Positions 1 through 11,084 of a DNA stretch of 64,000 nucleotides are shown here, one piece after another. The DNA comes from Gammaproteobacteria bacterium (GTDB lineage: Bacteria; Pseudomonadota; Gammaproteobacteria; SZUA-229): NCBI GenBank assembly GCA_041572275.1, contig JBFFSQ010000002.1, positions 1,983 through 65,982 of the forward strand, read 5' to 3'. Below the pieces are notes generated by a model, which saw only the letters and a program-made list of their open reading frames with translations, did no database searches and was not told where the DNA came from. The position numbers and the translations under genes were made by a program. Position 1 is the first letter of the stretch, and the number at the start of each line of letters is the position of its first letter.

Positions 1-136
1 CATTCTCAGTCAGGATGACGTCGAAGCACTGGTTAGCTATATTCGATTGCTTTCACACTGAGCAGGTAAACAGCCTGATGATGATAGTAAAAGTCCACTA
101 CATCCCTCTATTTACTCAATACCACAAAAATTATCT

Positions 137-529
137 ATGAAAGCATGTCGAGAGTGCAAACATAAAGTTAGCGAGCAAGCCCCCATTTGTCCGCATTGTG
201 GCGCACCAAGGCCTGCTATAGAAAACTGGGATGGCTGGGGCTATGAATATAAATCAAAAACTAAAATTCTGGGCTTACCTTTACTCCATATCTCTTTTAA
301 ATTCAGCTCCAGGTTTATGCCTGTTCCTGCCAAAGGGATTATAGCCATCGGCCAATTCGGTGCAGGCATCGTAAACATTAGCCAATTTGGAATCGGTGTA
401 TTTAGTCTGTCGCAATTTACAATCAGTGTCTTTGCCATTACACAATTTGGAATCGCCTATTCATTAATTGCCCAAATTGGTTTATATATTAATCAAGGCT
501 ATGGACAAATAGTGAAAAGCTTGTTTTAG
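137..529 (+). CDS. Zinc-ribbon protein with hydrophobic decapeptide repeats (xSQFGIxVFx, about 5 copies)
   Basis: N-terminal CxxC-x13-CxxC (CRECKH...CPHCGAP); C-terminal half is repeated ISQFGIGVFS-like units; function unknown. Confidence 0.45.
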   Translation: MKACRECKHKVSEQAPICPHCGAPRPAIENWDGWGYEYKSKTKILGLPLLHISFKFSSRFMPVPAKGIIAIGQFGAGIVNISQFGIGVFSLSQFTISVFAITQFGIAYSLIAQIGLYINQGYGQIVKSLF

Positions 530-716
530 GCACTGGCACTATTACAAGACTTTTTAAATTTCTGCCATATTCAGCATCAACCTGGAATAAACCACATATT
601 ATTGATCCTGCTCTAAAAACTGCCTTTGTAAATTTTGCTACCACTCATAGAATTAATAATGTGGCATTGAACAAATGATGATTTCGATATTTAAATCCAT
701 CTTATGAGGCCGTACT

Positions 717-1235
717 ATGGCTTTACCTACTCCACTTGAATCCGATTGGTCATCCTGGTTAATTGGTGAATGGATTGGCACTGGTGAAGGCGCTGTTGGT
801 AAGGGTCAACACTTAATGACTGTGGAGCCCGGATTAAGAGGTCAATTTTTATTCTTTAAGTACATCAGTAAAATCACTGAGATGTCAGATGATCATATCA
901 GGTACATGAAGGAGCATATGAACCTGTCCGATGATGATATTGACCAAATTCATCATTCCACTTTCGAAGAACTTGGTATTGAAACAATGCTCGCTGATTC
1001 AAATGAGATCGTTGTTCATATTTTTGATAGCTGGCGAACCATACTCAGCGGCAAAGGCTCATGGGATGGCCATAAAGAAACCATCCATTTCTCTGGTGAG
1101 GGTACATCGGGTGTTCGCGTTATTGAGCGTATCAACCAGAATCAGATGTTCATTACACAGGAATGGAGTATGCCAAATGGTAGTGTAATGGTTGAGACCG
1201 GAGAACTTAAACGTGTTGCTTTATCTGCAAAATAA
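717..1235 (+). CDS. Hypothetical protein (W/G-rich N-terminus, DUF1579-like?)
   Basis: 172-aa ORF with SD-like context (gaggccgtactATG); no recognisable catalytic motif. Confidence 0.4.
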   Translation: MALPTPLESDWSSWLIGEWIGTGEGAVGKGQHLMTVEPGLRGQFLFFKYISKITEMSDDHIRYMKEHMNLSDDDIDQIHHSTFEELGIETMLADSNEIVVHIFDSWRTILSGKGSWDGHKETIHFSGEGTSGVRVIERINQNQMFITQEWSMPNGSVMVETGELKRVALSAK

Positions 1236-1358
1236 GTGACTGCAATCCAGCAAATTTGGCGATCGTCAGCCATTAATATAATCTGTCATAGCATTCTGAT
1301 AACAAACACCCCAGATCTCCAGTATTAGAATCTAATTGTATTTCGACTGACTCAGAGC

Positions 1359-1721
1359 CTAACAGCTAATCTTCTGGCCGCGATAAATAATTTGTTTAGA
1401 TGATTTTTTTTCTAGCTTATTGGAGCTGCCCGCAGATTGACCTACAGGGTCGGTAATTGGTTGACCCCGATAATAACGTACACTTGGTGACCTGATTTCT
1501 ACTTCATCATTATTGCCACCTTCACTTTCAGGCACCAGTTGTGCAAGCAATTTACTCGTACAGTTCTTCAAATCATCAGAAGATGACTGACTGGCATAGG
1601 CAAAGAAGCGTGCAATCGCCTGATCATCATCCAGATCAATACGTACACCAAACTCCTGTTTAATTATTCTCTGACTTTGAAGCATTAATTTTATTGTTTC
1701 ACGCGAAAGCGCCATAGTCAT
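1359..1721 (-). CDS. Hypothetical protein
   Basis: 120-aa ORF; tandem YRGQ motifs; no recognisable family. Confidence 0.3.
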   Translation of the reverse strand: MTMALSRETIKLMLQSQRIIKQEFGVRIDLDDDQAIARFFAYASQSSSDDLKNCTSKLLAQLVPESEGGNNDEVEIRSPSVRYYRGQPITDPVGQSAGSSNKLEKKSSKQIIYRGQKISC

Positions 1722-2534
1722 AATAAATCCCCAAACCTGTACATAATTATAAGTATTTTATTATTTGCTACTATGCAACTCGCATACCGATTTTAAGACT
1801 CACCTAAAAAACAACTATTTGTTAAATACTATCAATAACTTATGTGAAAACCTCACGACATCTTAGTGTTTGATTTCTTTTGATATGCACCATAATTGCT
1901 CCATGGGTGCACCAGGCTATATTGTTTATATAGCGGTAATGGAGAAACAGTTATAACAAACCCTGATAGTCAGCCATAAGCCGCTCAAACATCAACGAGC
2001 CCAGCTCAGACTTAAAGCCTCAGCATGCATGCGAATATTCCGGTCTGGTACGATTTTTGTTCGTGTGAAGCCGAGCCCTACTGGCTAGAAGCAATGAAAA
2101 TTAAATCGGATAAGGATCGTTGACCATCAGCCATCACTCTGACTGAACTTATGCCACATTGGTAAAGAGACGGTATGACCCCTATCACTTTTTAGCGGAC
2201 AATATCTTGCTTTAATATCAGCAAGGGTTAATATTTAACACAATATTCACATTTTCCGTGCAGACTATGACAGTTGCTGTACTTTCATAGTGCATAACCG
2301 GTGTGATAGAACAAAGGCACAAGCCCGATTCACACCTAAGCAATTGATATTGTGTGATTTTCACAAAAAACCATTAGGTCCGAAAACTGGCGCGATTATT
2401 GATAAGTTTAATTGAATAGCACTACAAAAAAGCTGCCTGACCTAAAGCCATTAGTGAAAGTTAGATTCGACTCACATTAATACCGATGCTATTGACTACC
2501 ATTTATACAGTTCAGCTACACCTTTGAAACGAAC

Positions 2535-4127
2535 ATGACCGATACATCTATGAACATAAGCCACACCCCCCCTCGCCGCCCTGTTGTGCTAATCATTATG
2601 GATGGCTTTGGTATCAACCCGAGCAAATTACATAATGCAGTTGAGGCCGCCAGCACGCCCAATCTGGACGCCTATTTCTCCCACTACCCACATACGCTGA
2701 TCCAGGCCTCTGGAACAGCTGTTGGCCTGCCCGATGGTCAGATGGGCAATTCAGAAGTAGGCCATATGTGTCTGGGCGCCGGTAGCATTATCCTGCAGGA
2801 TATTATGCGGATTAATAGCGCCATTGAAGATGAATCTTTCTTCCAGAACCCGGCACTGATAGAGGCTATAGACACATCAGTAGCTCAGGGTCGCCCTGTC
2901 CATTTATTTGGGCTGGTCTCTGACGGCGGTGTTCACAGTCAATTAGGCCATCTACAGGCTCTGATCCGACTATGTAAACAACGCCAGGCCAAACCCCTGT
3001 TACACATGATTACAGACGGCCGGGATACAGCACCCAAATCGGCCATCACTTACCTCGCGGATATCGAACCCCTACTCCATGAAGCCGGAGGCGGCATTGC
3101 CAGTATCATGGGTCGATTCTATGCCATGGATCGTGATAATCGCTGGGAACGGACTGAACGCGCCTGGCGAGCCTATGTATTGGGCAAAGGTGAAAAAGCA
3201 CAGTCCGCTGATTCGGCAATTCGCAGCGCCTATGCAAAAGGCGACACTGACGAATTTATCCAGCCCATCCTGTTGCCGATGTTCGAACCCCTGCAGGCAG
3301 AGGACCAGGCTATCTGGTTTAACTTCCGCAAGGATCGTCCACGCCAGATGATCGATGCCTTATGCATGGATAGCTTCTCGGGCTTTGACCGTGGCGATGC
3401 GCCGCGGCCACACATCACCTGTATGATGCCATACAACAGTGACTGGTCTCTACCCTATGCCTATGAATCTGACCGACCGGAAACCTGCCTGGCCGAGGTA
3501 ATCAGTAAAGCCGGGTTGAAACAGTTCCATTGTGCAGAAACTGAAAAATACCCCCACGTCACCTATTTCTTTAATGGCGGCCATAACGAGCCATTTGAAG
3601 GTGAAACCCAATATGTCATTCCTTCACCAAAGGTTGACACCTACGATCTAAAACCCGAAATGAGTGCACCCGAGGTGGCGAATGCTGTCATCAAAGCCAT
3701 CGACTCTGAACAATATGGTTTTATTGTGGTTAATTTCGCCAATGGTGACATGGTTGGCCATACAGCCGTAGCCGATGCCGTTGTGAAGGCTGTTGAGGCA
3801 CTCGATACTCAGGTCGGTCGGGTCATAGAAGCAGCTGTCGCACATGACTGTGCTGTTATTGTCACCGCTGATCATGGCAACTGTGAAGAAATGATTAATC
3901 CGGTCACTGGCACGCCGCATACACAGCACACGCTTTATCCGGTGCCCTGCATCATTATCGATCAGTCCTCCTGGGAACTATCATGCTCTGGCAGCCTGTC
4001 GAGTATTGCACCTACTGTGTTGCAGCTGATGGGACTGGAGACACCATCACAGATGCATACAAAATCCCTGTTACTAAAAGAATCAGAATCGACGATCTAT
4101 ACGCGGCATATGAGTATTGTGGCTTGA
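2535..4127 (+). CDS. gpmI: 2,3-bisphosphoglycerate-independent phosphoglycerate mutase
   Basis: IIMDGFGINP, SEVGHMCLGAG, VTADHGN motifs typical of iPGM; 530 aa. Confidence 0.93.
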   Translation: MTDTSMNISHTPPRRPVVLIIMDGFGINPSKLHNAVEAASTPNLDAYFSHYPHTLIQASGTAVGLPDGQMGNSEVGHMCLGAGSIILQDIMRINSAIEDESFFQNPALIEAIDTSVAQGRPVHLFGLVSDGGVHSQLGHLQALIRLCKQRQAKPLLHMITDGRDTAPKSAITYLADIEPLLHEAGGGIASIMGRFYAMDRDNRWERTERAWRAYVLGKGEKAQSADSAIRSAYAKGDTDEFIQPILLPMFEPLQAEDQAIWFNFRKDRPRQMIDALCMDSFSGFDRGDAPRPHITCMMPYNSDWSLPYAYESDRPETCLAEVISKAGLKQFHCAETEKYPHVTYFFNGGHNEPFEGETQYVIPSPKVDTYDLKPEMSAPEVANAVIKAIDSEQYGFIVVNFANGDMVGHTAVADAVVKAVEALDTQVGRVIEAAVAHDCAVIVTADHGNCEEMINPVTGTPHTQHTLYPVPCIIIDQSSWELSCSGSLSSIAPTVLQLMGLETPSQMHTKSLLLKESESTIYTRHMSIVA

Positions 4128-4189
4128 ACCGATACAGTTGATCGAAAGCTTTTGGTATTAGGCATTCAGAGTAAAATTTGCAAAACAGA

Positions 4190-4211
4190 CCCCAGATTGA
4201 TCAATCTGGGG
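4190..4211. terminator. Bidirectional hairpin between convergent gpmI and acyltransferase genes
   Basis: CCCCAGATTGA/TCAATCTGGGG perfect palindrome flanked by T-rich runs on both strands. Confidence 0.5.
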
Positions 4212-4275
4212 TTGGAAAATCAATAAATAACTATCAAAACATCATGATGACGCATGCAATTGCTTTGGTGCCATA

Positions 4276-4968
4276 TCAGCTGATGCCAAACATTTTGCGA
4301 TACGCGTCTTCTAGCGGTAGCGATCGGTCTTTGTAGCTGATTACATCACCGAATTCAATGTTCACAGTTGCCGGTTCCGGCCTTCTGCCCAGCGCCTTTT
4401 TCAGGGCCTCATTGGCATTGTTGCGAATATACACTGGCAGGATATCCAGTCGGTTTTTGACGGCAATAATCTGTGAACCCTCTTTGAATTCAGACAGACT
4501 GGTATCTTCTTTATTGCGAGTACCTTCAGGAAAAACGAAAATTGATTCACCTTTAGCAACACAGGCTTTAGTGTCTTTAAAGAATGAACTCATTTGTTTG
4601 GCATCTCGATCCAGCAATATGGTGCCAGCATTACGCGTAAACATGCCAAAGAAAAATGAATTATACAGTTCCTTCTTGGCGACCCAATGACCGTAAATAT
4701 TGGTATTTCGTAACGCGAGCTCAATAATAACCGGATCAATGATGCTGCGATGGTTGGATACTAATAAATATTGACCGTTCGGATCAATCTTGTCCACACC
4801 CTGGACCTCAACTGAAATATTGAGTTTCGACATCAGTTTATCTGAATAATCTACACGTAACTGCTTTTTTGCCGCTGTAGATTCGGTCCTTTTTAGCCGA
4901 AATCCATATAAATTCGTTAAAAAGGTCGCATACAGGGCCTTTTTGATCTGATTGATATTCAAAAACAT
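4276..4968 (-). CDS. Lysophospholipid (1-acyl-sn-glycerol-3-phosphate) acyltransferase family protein
   Basis: NHRSIIDPV (HX4D) and FPEGTR motifs of PlsC-family acyltransferases. Confidence 0.8.
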   Translation of the reverse strand: MFLNINQIKKALYATFLTNLYGFRLKRTESTAAKKQLRVDYSDKLMSKLNISVEVQGVDKIDPNGQYLLVSNHRSIIDPVIIELALRNTNIYGHWVAKKELYNSFFFGMFTRNAGTILLDRDAKQMSSFFKDTKACVAKGESIFVFPEGTRNKEDTSLSEFKEGSQIIAVKNRLDILPVYIRNNANEALKKALGRRPEPATVNIEFGDVISYKDRSLPLEDAYRKMFGIS

Positions 4969-5286
4969 GCTCCAAAAGTCAGTTGGGCAGTAAAACAGGA
5001 AATAGGCGACAAATCAATACATTAGCCAGGTCTAATATGTTTGCATTCGCATGGCTCAGGCGAGTAATGATTCTTGCCAATTCCCATCATTAACAGGGGG
5101 ATGTAATTATGCCACAGGATAGCAACTTTAAGAGAGGTTCTGATAAGGCCAACTTGAAGATTATAGCTGGATGGAAAAAATGAGTGAATAAGACTGTGAT
5201 AGGGATAATTAGCAGGCAAACAGGCCATGAGCAATTATAACTGGCTATTGTATAAACAAGCAGCCAGTTAATTTATGCGCTGATTC

Positions 5287-5398
5287 AGTCTTCTGAGTTA
5301 GTGGTATTCATCAGGCTATTGATTTTGACACCCAGAAATACAAAAACGATTACTGATCCGATTACTGAAAGAATGGCGCCAATGGCAGTCGCGTCCAT
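5287..5398 (-). CDS. Possible 37-aa single-TM mini-protein (not in ORF track)
   Basis: MDATAIGAILSVIGSVIVFVFLGVKINSLMNTTNSED; AAGAGAG SD-like 8 nt upstream of ATG; sits in an otherwise empty ~270-bp gap. Confidence 0.25.
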
Positions 5399-5501
5399 AG
5401 TAAAACTCTCTTAGTTAATTAACGGTGATATACACCAGAAAAGGCGGTCGCAATGTATAGTAGATGACAGATGCCTTCAACCTTAAAATCAAAAGGTTAT
5501 T

Positions 5502-6254
5502 ATGACGAACGTTTTTAAAGATTATTTCTCTGAAAACTCATCCGGCTACAGTCAATATCGACCACACTATCCGGAACCGCTTTTCAATTACCTGTCGAGC
5601 ATATGCCTCCAGCATCATCGCGCCTGGGACTGTGCGACTGGCACAGGCCAGGCGGCGAGCAAACTGGCTGACTATTTCGATACGATCATTGCCACGGATG
5701 CCAGCTCATCGCAAATCGAACAGGCCATTCAAAATGACAGGATTATTTATCAGGTAGCAACTGCCGAAGACACTATGATCGAGAACAACTCGATTGATTT
5801 GATTACTGTGGCTCAGGCCTTGCACTGGTTCGATATCAATCGTTTTGCGGATGAGGTGCAACGTGTGATAAGAGAAGGCGGCATAGTTGCGGCGTGGACT
5901 TACAACTTATTTTCAATTAATACTGATTTTGACCGCATCCTTCATTATTTATACCAGACCACGCTCGGACCGTTTTGGCCTGTGGAGCGTAAACTGGTTG
6001 AAGAAGAATACCGCAACATTCAGCTACCATTGAAGCCAGTACAGCCACCTGCGTTTGAGATGACGGCTCAATGGACATTCTCACAGGTCATTGGTTATTT
6101 AAACACCTGGTCTGCGGTAAAAAAATATACCCAGTCCACCGGCCATAATCCAGTTGAGTTGCAATATAAATCACTTCTCAAAGCCTGGGGACCTCCCGAA
6201 CAAGTCCGAACAATCCGCTGGCCGCTAACCCTCAAGCTTTGGCGTCAGGAATAA
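5502..6254 (+). CDS. Class I SAM-dependent methyltransferase
   Basis: DCATGTGQ glycine-rich motif I; methyltransferase type 11-like length. Confidence 0.8.
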   Translation: MTNVFKDYFSENSSGYSQYRPHYPEPLFNYLSSICLQHHRAWDCATGTGQAASKLADYFDTIIATDASSSQIEQAIQNDRIIYQVATAEDTMIENNSIDLITVAQALHWFDINRFADEVQRVIREGGIVAAWTYNLFSINTDFDRILHYLYQTTLGPFWPVERKLVEEEYRNIQLPLKPVQPPAFEMTAQWTFSQVIGYLNTWSAVKKYTQSTGHNPVELQYKSLLKAWGPPEQVRTIRWPLTLKLWRQE

Positions 6255-6450
6255 ATTGGCACGTTGACAAATCATCCAGAAACGTAATTTTAATGTCTTT
6301 TACATTTTATTCAGAATATCATTTACATAGTGTCCATCCATCATTTTCGTTTATAGTATAAATAAAACTATGATATTTGATCTGTTTGGTATCTATACTT
6401 CCAACATAGACAAGAATATTAATTTGAGATACCTCCAGCCTGTTTAAATT

Positions 6451-8142
6451 ATGATTTCAACCTATTTAACTGACATTATTATTTTACTGGTAACCGCTGT
6501 TATTGCGGTCCCATTTTTTCAGGCCATACGCCTGGGTGCAGTACCTGGTTTTTTAATCGCTGGAATCATTGTGGGGCCATCTGGGCTGGCCCTTATCAAC
6601 AATATCAATGAGATTGGCAACCTGGCTGAGATTGGTGTGGTACTCCTGTTATTTGTTATCGGGATTGAACTGAAGCCATCACGCTTATGGCTGATGAGAC
6701 GCATGGTCTTTGGCCTGGGTACACTACAGGTACTGATCACCGGGATATTACTAACAGTTGTCCTGCACTTTTTATTTGATATTGCCCTGCGACCTGCCAT
6801 ATTGATTGGCCCTGCGCTGGCTCTATCGTCCACTGCATTTGTACTGCAGTTACTCAATGAACAAAAAGCCTTAGCCTCTGTGTATGGACGCACATCTTTT
6901 TCAGTCCTGTTGCTACAGGACCTGGCTGTTGTTCCCTTACTGGCTCTGGTCCCCTTACTTACTACGCCCGAATTGGGTATAGGTAAAGATATTGGTATTG
7001 CCCTGCTTGAATCTCTGATAATACTGGTACTGGTGATTCTGGGTGGACGTTATTTTCTTCATCCAATACTCCACCGTGTGGCACGCTCAGGTAGTCCCGA
7101 AATCTTTACTGCCTCGGCTGTATTGATCGTACTCGGCACTGCCCTGATCACAGAACACATCGGGCTATCAATGGCGATGGGCGCCTTTCTAGCCGGTTTA
7201 CTGATTTCAGATTCAGCCTATCGTCATCAGGTCATGGCCGAAATCCAGCCATTTCGTGGACTGTTGCTCGGTCTGTTTTTTATGTCCATGGGCATGTCGC
7301 TAAATCTGAGTTATTTCCTTGATCAACCATTAACATCATTGGGACTTGTCACCCTCTTAATAGTGTTTAAAGCCCTGATACTATGGATACTAACCTATAG
7401 TTTTAGCCTTAAAGGCAAAATCGGGCTGGCTGTATCACTAATTCTCGCCCAGAGTGGTGAATTCGCCCTGGTTCTTTTTGCGCTGGCTTACCAATCCAAT
7501 CTGTTTAGCAATGAACTGTTCCAGCAACTCCTGCTGATTGTGTTGATCAGTATGCTTGTCACACCAGCTCTCGCCAGGCTGGCACAACAACTAACACAAA
7601 CACAGCCTGGTCGTCGTGTTGCTCAGCACGAAACCCCAGTAAAAGCCCCAATTGTCATCGCTGGTTATGGCCGTATTGGCCACCGTGTTGGCGAAATCCT
7701 TACAATCGCCAATCAGCCCTATGTTGCGCTGGATATAAATACCGATATTGTGGAAAAAGAACGCGCCAAGGGTAATCCCGTGTTCTATGGCGATGTGAGG
7801 CAGCACGGATTGTTACAAGCGGCGGGTGTTAGCCATGCACAACTCGTCATTGTAACCCTGGATGATACCTCAGCTGCAAAACAGGTCGTAGCATCATTGC
7901 GCCAGGCCCATCCTGCCATTCAAATATTTGCTCGCGGACACAGCCTGGAAGAATGTCGTAAACTCAAACAGATAGGCGCATCTATTACAGTGTCTGAAAC
8001 CATTGAAGCCAGCCTGGAGCTTGCTCATGTCACAATGACAGAAATTGGTATTAACTCTGATGAGCAGAATTTTATTCTCAGCGAGTTCAGACAGTCCTAT
8101 TACACACAAATTAATGACATTACAGCCAACGATAATAAGTAA
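6451..8142 (+). CDS. CPA2-family monovalent cation:proton antiporter / K+ efflux protein with C-terminal RCK (TrkA-N) domain (KefB/KefC/YbaL-like)
   Basis: About 12 TM helices followed by IAGYGRIGHRVG Rossmann motif. Confidence 0.85.
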   Translation: MISTYLTDIIILLVTAVIAVPFFQAIRLGAVPGFLIAGIIVGPSGLALINNINEIGNLAEIGVVLLLFVIGIELKPSRLWLMRRMVFGLGTLQVLITGILLTVVLHFLFDIALRPAILIGPALALSSTAFVLQLLNEQKALASVYGRTSFSVLLLQDLAVVPLLALVPLLTTPELGIGKDIGIALLESLIILVLVILGGRYFLHPILHRVARSGSPEIFTASAVLIVLGTALITEHIGLSMAMGAFLAGLLISDSAYRHQVMAEIQPFRGLLLGLFFMSMGMSLNLSYFLDQPLTSLGLVTLLIVFKALILWILTYSFSLKGKIGLAVSLILAQSGEFALVLFALAYQSNLFSNELFQQLLLIVLISMLVTPALARLAQQLTQTQPGRRVAQHETPVKAPIVIAGYGRIGHRVGEILTIANQPYVALDINTDIVEKERAKGNPVFYGDVRQHGLLQAAGVSHAQLVIVTLDDTSAAKQVVASLRQAHPAIQIFARGHSLEECRKLKQIGASITVSETIEASLELAHVTMTEIGINSDEQNFILSEFRQSYYTQINDITANDNK

Positions 8143-8842
8143 AGCCTGACTCACTAGAAGATACAACATCCTCTCAATCAAGATGAACAACTAACTTCGA
8201 TATATTGAATTCAATCCGGTGTTTAGCCTCATAAACCTGATGTTCAGAATACTCATCAAAAGATTGCTGTAATGACTTCAGCAGGTGATAAATTTTCCTT
8301 GTAATCCTGATCCTTCTCAGCAAGCTAGATTGCTTTATCAGACATATAATTTCGCAAGATATATTTAGGATTAACCGGTTCCTTTCGGCTACCAGGCGAC
8401 TGAGACACAGTGTTCTCCCTAAGCAGACGTAATTGATAATGACTTTACCAGGTATCAAAAGCATCACGATTGATAAATAAGTCACACCAGGCTGAAAATT
8501 ATTTTTGGACAACTGCTGGATTGAAACTGGTCAAATATTGCCCAGCCTGTGATGCAATATGTAAACACGAATAAAACACCTCGGAATATTCTGCATAGAT
8601 GTTATTAAAGCTGAGCGGTTCTAATGTCATCATTTGCTTTGTATTTTGTTAGTCATTAATACAATCAGCCAGTAGTCAATATGGGATTTTTCCCCAAAAA
8701 TTGTCATCTTCTCGCACCCAACCCGCTCTGCAACAGCTTCAAAATAAATAAGGAGATTTACCTATTGAGACAGTAAATCGGTATTCATACTATCTGTTAG
8801 CAATTACTACCAATTTTTGACCGCTTAAATTTTAAAAGGAGT

Positions 8843-9712
8843 ATGAATGCTATGAAGATCATGAAAAACTGGTTTGCATTAGCACTCTTAATAGTGTTTT
8901 TACCGCAGGCAGCATCAGCGGCTTATCTATTTACTGCGCCTCCTCGTGAAACACTCGAAAAAGGCGAAAAAGTATACAAACCCATTAGTGATTTTTTAAC
9001 CAAAGTCACCGGTGAAAAATTCGAATACAGTCATCCTAAAACCTGGGCTGAATATGTAAAAAATATGCGCAGCGAAAAGTATGACCTGGTATTTGACGGA
9101 CCCCATTTTGTCGACTGGCGTATCCATAATCTTGAACATCGAACCATCGTTCGTCTGCCTTCGATTCTAAGGTGGCAGGTGATTACACGTAAAAATGATG
9201 ACTCGATTAAAACCATCGATGACCTGGCGGGTAAAAAAGCCTGTGCCCCAGGTTCACCCAATTTTGGCATGTTAAATTTATTTAGCCATTTTAAAGATCC
9301 AAACAAACAACCGCAGCACGTTGAAGTCAAAGGCTGGATCAACGTCTATGAAGCTGTTAAAAACCGAAAATGCGATGCCGGTGTTTTACCCAAGACTAAT
9401 CGTGGCATTTACGATAGAGATGGTGAATACACCAAAGTGATCCACACCCACTTGCCTTATCCCAATCAGGCTATCACTGCCAGCAAGCGCATCTCCGAGC
9501 TCCTTAGAGAACAAATCAGGGAAGCCCTGTTATCACCTGAAGGACAACAGGCCCTGATGAACCTCCGGAAACGTTACACAGATGGAGCCAAGCTGGTATC
9601 AGCCGATGATGATGAATACGACAGCGTTCACTTCCTGCTGGAAAAAGCCAAGAGCTTTGCGGCTAGCGACGATAATAAAACCGCTATGACTTATGACCTG
9701 GTCAATAATTAG
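8843..9712 (+). CDS. PhnD/SsuA-family periplasmic substrate-binding protein (phosphonate/phosphite-type), orphan
   Basis: Signal peptide; YDLVFDGPHF and later segments resemble PhnD-like SBPs; no adjacent ABC permease/ATPase. Confidence 0.6.
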   Translation: MNAMKIMKNWFALALLIVFLPQAASAAYLFTAPPRETLEKGEKVYKPISDFLTKVTGEKFEYSHPKTWAEYVKNMRSEKYDLVFDGPHFVDWRIHNLEHRTIVRLPSILRWQVITRKNDDSIKTIDDLAGKKACAPGSPNFGMLNLFSHFKDPNKQPQHVEVKGWINVYEAVKNRKCDAGVLPKTNRGIYDRDGEYTKVIHTHLPYPNQAITASKRISELLREQIREALLSPEGQQALMNLRKRYTDGAKLVSADDDEYDSVHFLLEKAKSFAASDDNKTAMTYDLVNN

Positions 9713-9734
9713 TCACTATCGATTCAGTCTGAAA

Positions 9735-9775
9735 CTGGCTGGAAAAGTTTGTTAAAATAACACTTTTCCAGCCTT
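9735..9775 (+). terminator. Rho-independent terminator after SBP gene
   Basis: CTGGCTGGAAAAG...CTTTTCCAGCC stem followed by TTT. Confidence 0.55.
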
Positions 9776-9830
9776 TACCCGGCTCACTCCAATGACCGCG
9801 TTTGGGCGTAGCCGATTTCTCTGGAGTGCG

Positions 9831-10055
9831 ATGTCCTCTCACAAACTCAAGCACTGTCCTCGCTGTAACACCCCATTTGAATGCAAGACTAATACTGTGT
9901 TGAATTGTCAGTGCAAAGCAGTACACCTGGACCCTAATCAGCTGGATTATATCGCCAGGCAATTTGATAACTGTCTTTGTGCCCAATGCCTGGTATCCCT
10001 GGCTCAGGAATTAGACCAAATCGAGCCAGATCGGGCAATTATCAAAAATATCTAA
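9831..10055 (+). CDS. Cysteine-rich CWC-family small protein
   Basis: CPRCNTPFECK...CQC...CAQC pattern; ORF-track start 9792, but ATG at 9831 (MSSHKLKHCPRC) more likely. Confidence 0.55.
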   Translation: MSSHKLKHCPRCNTPFECKTNTVLNCQCKAVHLDPNQLDYIARQFDNCLCAQCLVSLAQELDQIEPDRAIIKNI

Positions 10056-10238
10056 TCCCCATGCTGACAGCCTGAGCCCTGACACTCTCCTCTCACCAGG
10101 GTAATTACGTATTTTTTTATCCCATAATTTAATATTTAGATCACAGATACATATCAAATCCCCTGTATCCGCATATATAATATCGTCTGTCTATAAACAC
10201 ATGCCTGGCAATGGTCTCAGATCGATAAGGTTATATAC

Positions 10239-11084
10239 ATGTCCGCTGTAATTCTTGATGGTAAAGCATTATCACAATCGCTAGAGGTCTCTCTGGCCGA
10301 GCGTGTGGAGAAAATCAAAGCCAAAATGGGGGGCAAAACCCCAATACTGGCCACCATTCTGGTTGGTGATGACCCAGCATCTGCCACCTACGTCAAAATG
10401 AAGGGTAATGCATGTCAGCGCGTTGGCATGGACTCCATGAAGGTGGTGCTCAGTCGTGACACAACGACAGTAGAATTGCAAAATGAGATTGATAAGCTCA
10501 ATGCCAACCCTCAAGTACATGGTATCTTGCTACAACATCCGGTACCGGAACAGATTGATGAACGCCTCTGTTTTGACCAGATTGCACTTGCTAAAGACGT
10601 AGATGGCGTCACGTCCCTCGGCTTTGGCAAAATGGCCATGCAGGAGCCTGCCTATGGCTCAGCTACACCAGCAGGCATTATGAACCTGCTGGAACATTAC
10701 AACATTGAGCTTGAAGGTAAACATGCTGTCGTCATCGGACGTAGCGCTATTCTGGGCAAACCCATGGCCATGATGTTGCTCAATGCCAATGCCACTGTCA
10801 GCATCTGCCACTCAAGAACCCAGAACCTGCCCGAATACATCAAACAAGCCGATATTGTCATCGGTGCTGTCGGTAAACCTGAGTTTATCAAGGGTGAATG
10901 GATCAAAGATGGTGCTGTAGTGGTTGATGCCGGCTACCATCCAGGTGGTGTCGGTGACATCGAATTATCAGCCGTAATCGACAAATGTGCGGCCTATACA
11001 CCCGTTCCTGGTGGCGTCGGTCCTATGACCATAGCCACGCTGATTAGACAAACCGTTGAGGCTGCTGAAAAAGCATACGGTTAA
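10239..11084 (+). CDS. folD: Bifunctional methylenetetrahydrofolate dehydrogenase / methenyl-THF cyclohydrolase
   Basis: [17 protein letters not shown], 281 aa; colinear with E. coli FolD. Confidence 0.93.
   Translation: MSAVILDGKALSQSLEVSLAERVEKIKAKMGGKTPILATILVGDDPASATYVKMKGNACQRVGMDSMKVVLSRDTTTVELQNEIDKLNANPQVHGILLQHPVPEQIDERLCFDQIALAKDVDGVTSLGFGKMAMQEPAYGSATPAGIMNLLEHYNIELEGKHAVVIGRSAILGKPMAMMLLNANATVSICHSRTQNLPEYIKQADIVIGAVGKPEFIKGEWIKDGAVVVDAGYHPGGVGDIELSAVIDKCAAYTPVPGGVGPMTIATLIRQTVEAAEKAYG

Noticed and set aside
3079-3929. Several 60-90-aa ORFs inside gpmI on both strands
   Set aside because: Fully embedded in a well-supported housekeeping CDS; alternative-frame artefacts
5022-5234. 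70-aa minus-strand ORF downstream of the acyltransferase gene
   Set aside because: No start context; lies in a promoter/terminator region; composition non-protein-like
8174-8512. 112-aa minus-strand ORF in the kef-phnD intergenic region
   Set aside because: AT-rich intergenic DNA, no SD, Leu/Ile-rich low-complexity translation; probably non-coding
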